Shown here piece by piece: positions 58,454 to 64,000 of a DNA stretch of 64,000 nucleotides. The stretch spans positions 35,818 to 99,817 of the IMG/VR virus record IMGVR_UViG_3300013902_000009; one strand, 5' to 3'. Numbering within the stretch: position 1 is the first letter of the stretch; each line of letters starts with the position of its first letter. Both the position numbers and the translations under genes were made by a program. Origin of the DNA: a virus (lineage: Duplodnaviria; Caudoviricetes). The notes beneath the pieces are model-generated. The model was given only the letters and a program-made list of their open reading frames with translations. It was not told where the DNA came from and searched no databases.

Positions 58454-61400
58454 TTAGCTTCCACAAACTATCTGATTGTTATCGTCAACGATGTTATCAT
58501 TCTTTGTCTGTACCGCAGCACTGTTAGCGGCATTAACAGTATCGTCTACTGTGCGCTCGTTAGCCGTGATTATATCCAGACTTGCCTTTTGAGTTTCTTT
58601 GATATTGTACTTACCAAACATATAAGCATTATTATTATTGATTAAACCTTTAACATCATTATCTATCTCATTCTTTACAAGTACATATACTGCATTTACA
58701 GAATCGGTAGAAACATTATTTACATCAAGACCTTTGCCGAATCTAACTATATCTCCAGTGTTTATAGAAGCTGCATCGGCTAATGCATAGATGCTCCCAT
58801 CGATATTTATTAAAGGTCTCAACGACATAATTTCTTTATTTCTGGTTAGACAACATTCGTCAAGTTGCTCTCCACTCAAAGATATAATATCATTGCTTTT
58901 ATTATCAAGCTTTGACACATCTTTAATATGAAAAGACATTTTCTTAACTATGTTTTCGTCACCGCAATGCATCATCATAAACTTGTATATGTCTTCTGCT
59001 TTAGTATCCTCATCAGATAGGTTTATCTGGCTATTTCCGTCAAACAAGTCAATATAACTGTAGTTACCATCTGCATTCATATAAAGCATATCAGGATTAA
59101 CCAATTCAAGTAGTTTATTCTTGTTTGAATCTAATCCTTTTGTGTAGTAGAAGTGCAAGAATAGGTCTTTAGCAAACTCAGGATATCTATCATATAGCTC
59201 CTTAAAACTATTTGCTAATCCTAACTTTTCCTCTTGAGACATACTGTATGAATACTTGATATCCATAACTTCGATGCTATCAATCTTGTCGCTATCAAAT
59301 TTAACAAAATCAAGATTCTGCATGAAATCATTTGAATGTATAAACTCTATAAACTCATCTTCTGTACTTCCATTTAGATAACGTTGGTTAATCCCATTAT
59401 CAGCGAATATACCAATAAAGTCGGAGATAAAGTCCTTTATGTATCTCTTGGCGTTTGATACTCCGTTTGATGATTTATACACGGGATTAAACAAACCAAA
59501 AGAAGAGGTTAGTCTTATTTTTGGAATATCATTAAGTATCATCTGTACCGTATCCCCACTTAAACCCCAAGGAGCTATCATATTAGCAGCATATTCTAGA
59601 CGCTCGGAATAAAACTCAGACAAATAAGGTGTAAACTTCCTCATCATATAGTCTATAGAATATCTTGTTATATTATAAACAATATTCTCATACTCAAAAG
59701 GATGTTTTGAGTATTTGTTAAGGAAGTCGCCTAAGTTTTTGTGAATCTCATTGATGTTACCGTCTTTACTCCAAGGATTATCCTTGTCGTTCCAATCGTT
59801 TGTTATAGGGTTTTCAAGATTATAATAAGATTCAATAGTTAAATGCTTAAGTTGTCTTCCTCCTTTCTGTATCGAAGAAATCTCATCTGCAAACCTTGAT
59901 TTAACAACGTTGGTTGATGTATTCCTTGTTGATTGTATGAAGCTACTAAGTTCCTTTGAGTTCAATATAATCCTATTGAATAATATAGCTACCTCTGTCT
60001 GCATATTTTTAGATGATATGTTTTCAGGATTGATTATACCTTCCATAAGATTGTTTTGAGTCAAAGCCATAGGGGAATACTCTGTATTGAGTAATCTATC
60101 AACATTTGCAATACTATAATCTTTACGTAACACAGCTTTGAGTGCGGTTGATACGTTATTGATTCCATTATAACGCATATACTCACAGGTTTTCCTTATA
60201 ATTGGTTGGTTAAACAACAAGGCTATATCGTCTGTAGTATAACCAAGCCTTAGGAGCATTCCTGCTGAGTCGGCTGTTATCGTATTTAGATTAAGATAAT
60301 TTAGCACTGGGTCTTTAACTGCATCAACAGAAGCTGCAAGCATCTCAGATAAAGCTTTAAGTGTATCAAGATTATTAACGCTTGTGTTGAGTAGATTACA
60401 ACCAATCTCAGATGTATTTATGTTTGATGTATTGCCATTAAGCTCTTTAATATTATTAGAATCAGCAAGGCCACCAAATAAAATCCTACTGTCATCGTTG
60501 AATCTTAGAGTTTTAAGTCTTGAAGAAATAAACGCGTTTACGTTATCATTAGCAAATATACCAATTAAATCACCGGCAGCTTGATTCATCTCCTTAAATA
60601 TAACAGAAGTTTCAGGCTCAGAATAGTCATAATCCTCATTATAATCAAGGTTTTTCTTTTCCTTGAGAAGATTCTTAAGATACTCATAGCCATTCTTTCC
60701 TTTGATTTCCTTATATTCATCGGTAGTTAGCAAGCCTTTAAGATATATTTCTTCCGCATGCATTGATACTCTTGCAAACCTTGCAGACTCACTTGCGTTC
60801 TTAAAACCACCTATAGCTATTCTATCAGAAGAGGTAGATTCGTTGGTTAATACAGATAAATACATGTCTACGAGCGCGTTGTTTATATCGTCTATAGACA
60901 TATCAAGTACATTTTCTACATTATAGCTAAATCCAGCCTTAGGGCCTTCTATTTTAACGCCTTTTAAACCCATCGACTTAAGAGTTTCGTCAAATATCTG
61001 TGACTTAGATTTATCAAGGGTTACTAGATTTGTCTCATTCCAATAATCGTGCAGAAATAACTTTTCTCCCGGTTGTTTACCAAGACTTGCCCTTAACTCA
61101 TCTTTTTCTGTCTCTGTCATAGAGTCTGCTTTAGCTTTAAGAATAGAAGATACCTTCTTACCGAACTCACTTCCTGTATAGAAATGAGTCCAAACATCAT
61201 AATTATCTATGTTTTCATTCTTAACACGATAATTATGTCTCATCAAATAAAGCTTATCTATATCAAAGTCAAAACCGGCTATTGTAGTGCACTCTGCTGG
61301 TAGCTTGATTGAGTTTGCGCAACCCTTCGGTGTTACCCTCTTGACGTGTAAACGCATCATGGAATACTCCTTTTCTGTAGGTATTCTATATGCTACAATA

Positions 61401-64000
61401 TCAAGTATGCCGGGAAATTTCTTTTCTATAATAGTGTTGCCATCTTTATCAGTCTTAAAAGTTCCGTCATTATTAACATAAGTGTCATAATCAAGTTTTA
61501 TCTGTCTACCGTTTTGTTCCTTATAAGAGAAGTCAAAAGGTATCTCGCATTCGTAACCACATAGTTTACCATCTTCTATGATTGCATTTAATTCCTGCGA
61601 TTCAACCCATTTATTACCAACTCCAAGAGAAGATGCTTGTACTACACTTCCACCGGGTACGGTCTGTCTTATAACACCTCTTCTAAACATGCTTATAAGC
61701 ATACTTTCGATATCGTTGGCACAACTAATTTCCGAGAAAGGTATTATAGGCTTTCCGTTAGAATCTAGTGTTATTCTATTAATAATAGCAGGGTTTGTTC
61801 TGTCATTATTAAGCAGTGAAAAAGCTATGTTTCTTGTCAACCTCTCACTATTATTAAGAGTGGAAAGGAATCCTTCAAAAGACTTAGCATATTTGGCTGA
61901 TTGTAATAGATTGAAATAAACCTTGAATTTATCCCCTTCAATCTCGGTCTTACCAATCTTATATATAACATCATCTTTTATTGCCGAGTCAATTATTTTT
62001 CTTCCTTGTGTACCAAATATTGATTCTCCGTCAGTATGGTCTGGTATATTAGATTGAATAAGCATGGAATCAAGCGGTAAACTATGGATTGTGCCTCCAT
62101 AAGTCTTGCCTGTCTCATCACTAAAATATTCTATCTGTTGACTCATTATCTCATCAAAAGAAGTAGAATCGTCGTTAGGAACTCTCAAATCAATCTTAGA
62201 ATCAGCTATTAATCGTCTTTGCTCTGCCGCTGTAGGCACATCTTCTCCTTTAATTATTTCTCCATTAGCGTTTTTACCATCAAGGATTTCACCGTTAGCT
62301 CCTACGTAACTTCCATTAAGCATCTTATATTGTAAATCATATTCCGAGAAGCAACCCTTCTTAACGCATTTTGTAGAAGCAATTAAATCAACGTTATTGC
62401 GTTTCATCCACATACCCATCTGGCGCAATTTGCTTCCATTAGGATACATTTCTGGTACTATAGGCACCTCAGCATATTTGAGTTGGAAAGGAATCCTTTT
62501 GCTGCCATTTATTTCGATACCGTCATTAATTGGCTTAATCGGTTGCATCACAAGCATAAGGCTATTTATTCTTGACATAGACTCAGCTGTAAGATTACCT
62601 TCGGAGTTAAAATTTGAAGCAGTACCTATAATCTTATTTATCTCTTGATAAGCCAATTCCTTGTTTTTATCCCAGAAAGGCTCTCCAATGCTAAGCAGTA
62701 TCCTTCTATAAGAATCAAGTGACCTATATGCTTCACCATCAGTTATAGTATTACTGTCAAACTGCTTCATATAAGAATTAGCAGCCTTAGATGCTTCACT
62801 TTCTGACATTGTTTTAAGGTAGCGTTTATACATTACGTTCCACATTGCCTTTCTTGTACTATCGCTTACTCCAATAGATATATCATTGAAATAAGCCACT
62901 TTCTGCGTGAAATCGTTACCAAATATAGGTTTGCCATCAAGATCAACAGCGTCTCTTATTACCTGATAACCATTAGTAAGTATGCCTTTATTTCTCTTTT
63001 GCATATCTTTAACACCTGCGAAAAATATAGGGGATACTTGTGTTAGGTTAACTATATTCATCATGCCAAACTTATAGTTCAACCAAAAATCACGTAGTAT
63101 CTCAGTTAGTTTCTCCTGTGGATTTTCAGAATTGCCTATGTATTGTTTAAAATTAATATACTCTCCATTATCGTTAACGTCAAGTATGCCATTATCTTCA
63201 AGAAACTTATAGAACTTATTGAATTGTCTATCAAGCTCAGGTTTTAATATATCATCAATAAAAGTATTCCTATTTATGATGTTACCTGATTTATCAATAA
63301 GTTTATCCCTTTCTTCTTTTGATAGATTATTAAGAAAATCAACAGTACCAAACTTACTTTCATTTCCTTTCTTTGTAAGAGTCTCCTTATCGTTAGCTTT
63401 CACTATAATACCCGATTGTTGCCAAGACTTGATAACCTTTTGCATATTAACATCAGATATAAACAGATTATATATACCATCGAGGATTTCACTTTCTTCA
63501 TAATGAAGCAGTCTGAAATACCTTGAAGCGTTATTATCGCCTGTTATAAAGGAAGGTATAAAAGCAAAGTTATTCCTTGGGATTTCCCCTCCCTTAAGCA
63601 TCATAGGAGTGTTAAGTATAGGAGTTCCAGTATATTCAGGTTTGGCAAGATTGTTTAGATAGGTAGTTATATCCATTAATACATGTTGCCTCCTATCGGT
63701 TCTTTCCGCCTCTAAATCATTCTCTCCCATATTGCGAATAACATCTATTTGATTCCTAAGAGATGTATAGTATTCAGATTGACCCGAAAGATAGAATAAA
63801 TCACTAAGTATTCTATTATAAATAACAGGTTTATTTCCTGTAAGGTTGGCAAAGACGGGGCTCTCAAGATATTTTGACTTAAGGAAATTCCTTAAATCAT
63901 TACCGTTAAGAGTATGTATTCTTTTAAATACAGACGTAGTACTTGAAGGTGATATTCTTGACGTCTGTCTTTTCCCTGCAAAGGTAAACATATTCTCAGT
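58454..64000 (-). CDS. virion-packaged two-barrel RNA polymerase, 5'-truncated by window
   Basis: TDGEAY, QLKYAE, GTQ.RK, PGGSVVQAS, IVAYRIPTEKEYSM, LPAE..TIAGFDFDIDKLY (DxDxD catalytic), LIGIFAN, LAASVDAVKDPVL..LN; frame open to the window end. Confidence 0.93.
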   Translation of the reverse strand, partial: TENMFTFAGKRQTSRISPSSTTSVFKRIHTLNGNDLRNFLKSKYLESPVFANLTGNKPVIYNRILSDLFYLSGQSEYYTSLRNQIDVIRNMGENDLEAERTDRRQHVLMDITTYLNNLAKPEYTGTPILNTPMMLKGGEIPRNNFAFIPSFITGDNNASRYFRLLHYEESEILDGIYNLFISDVNMQKVIKSWQQSGIIVKANDKETLTKKGNESKFGTVDFLNNLSKEERDKLIDKSGNIINRNTFIDDILKPELDRQFNKFYKFLEDNGILDVNDNGEYINFKQYIGNSENPQEKLTEILRDFWLNYKFGMMNIVNLTQVSPIFFAGVKDMQKRNKGILTNGYQVIRDAVDLDGKPIFGNDFTQKVAYFNDISIGVSDSTRKAMWNVMYKRYLKTMSESEASKAANSYMKQFDSNTITDGEAYRSLDSYRRILLSIGEPFWDKNKELAYQEINKIIGTASNFNSEGNLTAESMSRINSLMLVMQPIKPINDGIEINGSKRIPFQLKYAEVPIVPEMYPNGSKLRQMGMWMKRNNVDLIASTKCVKKGCFSEYDLQYKMLNGSYVGANGEILDGKNANGEIIKGEDVPTAAEQRRLIADSKIDLRVPNDDSTSFDEIMSQQIEYFSDETGKTYGGTIHSLPLDSMLIQSNIPDHTDGESIFGTQGRKIIDSAIKDDVIYKIGKTEIEGDKFKVYFNLLQSAKYAKSFEGFLSTLNNSERLTRNIAFSLLNNDRTNPAIINRITLDSNGKPIIPFSEISCANDIESMLISMFRRGVIRQTVPGGSVVQASSLGVGNKWVESQELNAIIEDGKLCGYECEIPFDFSYKEQNGRQIKLDYDTYVNNDGTFKTDKDGNTIIEKKFPGILDIVAYRIPTEKEYSMMRLHVKRVTPKGCANSIKLPAECTTIAGFDFDIDKLYLMRHNYRVKNENIDNYDVWTHFYTGSEFGKKVSSILKAKADSMTETEKDELRASLGKQPGEKLFLHDYWNETNLVTLDKSKSQIFDETLKSMGLKGVKIEGPKAGFSYNVENVLDMSIDDINNALVDMYLSVLTNESTSSDRIAIGGFKNASESARFARVSMHAEEIYLKGLLTTDEYKEIKGKNGYEYLKNLLKEKKNLDYNEDYDYSEPETSVIFKEMNQAAGDLIGIFANDNVNAFISSRLKTLRFNDDSRILFGGLADSNNIKELNGNTSNINTSEIGCNLLNTSVNNLDTLKALSEMLAASVDAVKDPVLNYLNLNTITADSAGMLLRLGYTTDDIALLFNQPIIRKTCEYMRYNGINNVSTALKAVLRKDYSIANVDRLLNTEYSPMALTQNNLMEGIINPENISSKNMQTEVAILFNRIILNSKELSSFIQSTRNTSTNVVKSRFADEISSIQKGGRQLKHLTIESYYNLENPITNDWNDKDNPWSKDGNINEIHKNLGDFLNKYSKHPFEYENIVYNITRYSIDYMMRKFTPYLSEFYSERLEYAANMIAPWGLSGDTVQMILNDIPKIRLTSSFGLFNPVYKSSNGVSNAKRYIKDFISDFIGIFADNGINQRYLNGSTEDEFIEFIHSNDFMQNLDFVKFDSDKIDSIEVMDIKYSYSMSQEEKLGLANSFKELYDRYPEFAKDLFLHFYYTKGLDSNKNKLLELVNPDMLYMNADGNYSYIDLFDGNSQINLSDEDTKAEDIYKFMMMHCGDENIVKKMSFHIKDVSKLDNKSNDIISLSGEQLDECCLTRNKEIMSLRPLINIDGSIYALADAASINTGDIVRFGKGLDVNNVSTDSVNAVYVLVKNEIDNDVKGLINNNNAYMFGKYNIKETQKASLDIITANERTVDDTVNAANSAAVQTKNDNIVDDNNQIVCGS

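Noticed and set aside
1-64000. Stop-codon reassignment (TAG or TGA), known in some crAss-like phages
   Set aside because: Multi-kb genes are uninterrupted in the standard code; TAG (1070, 1492, 2104, 26923, 33541) and TGA (460, 8136, 24751) end genes directly before the next start or a terminator
1-64000. tRNA/rRNA genes, integrase, transposase or reverse transcriptase
   Set aside because: Intergenic gaps are short and show no cloverleaf by eye, and no ORF shows the relevant catalytic motifs; tRNAscan/Infernal were not run

Overview
64-kb segment of a crAss-like phage (Crassvirales; the capsid N-terminus and gene order most resemble the crAss001/Steigviridae type, which is an inference) with a probable Bacteroidota host, read in the standard genetic code. 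The + strand carries small conserved genes (HU/IHF-like, GroES-like), then terminase large subunit interrupted in its Walker A motif by an Ala1 class-3 LAGLIDADG intein, and portal. A ~17-kb accessory fibre/lysis block follows: collagen-like fibre, spanin/holin-like pair, a fibre ending in a DGR-type variable region, and BACON-repeat proteins. After it come a self-contained 5-6 gene module of unknown function, a DUF5675 lysin-like gene, scaffold-like gene, major capsid protein, tail ring/IHF/muzzle genes and ejected-cargo genes. Two giant - strand genes converge on these, including the virion RNA polymerase (DFDID motif, truncated by the window end). The most notable observations are: (1) BACON domains split in half across two consecutive gene boundaries, suggesting ordered assembly by inter-subunit domain complementation; (2) a decayed diversity-generating retroelement, seen as a VR plus a 35-nt A-biased template remnant with no RT in the window; (3) an uncharacterised promoter/operator-flanked 'GWGG...CCC' operon; (4) a shared x-x-GG motif in a cargo protein and in an unannotated 43-aa basic microprotein. 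No database searches were run; family assignments rest on recognised motifs and synteny.
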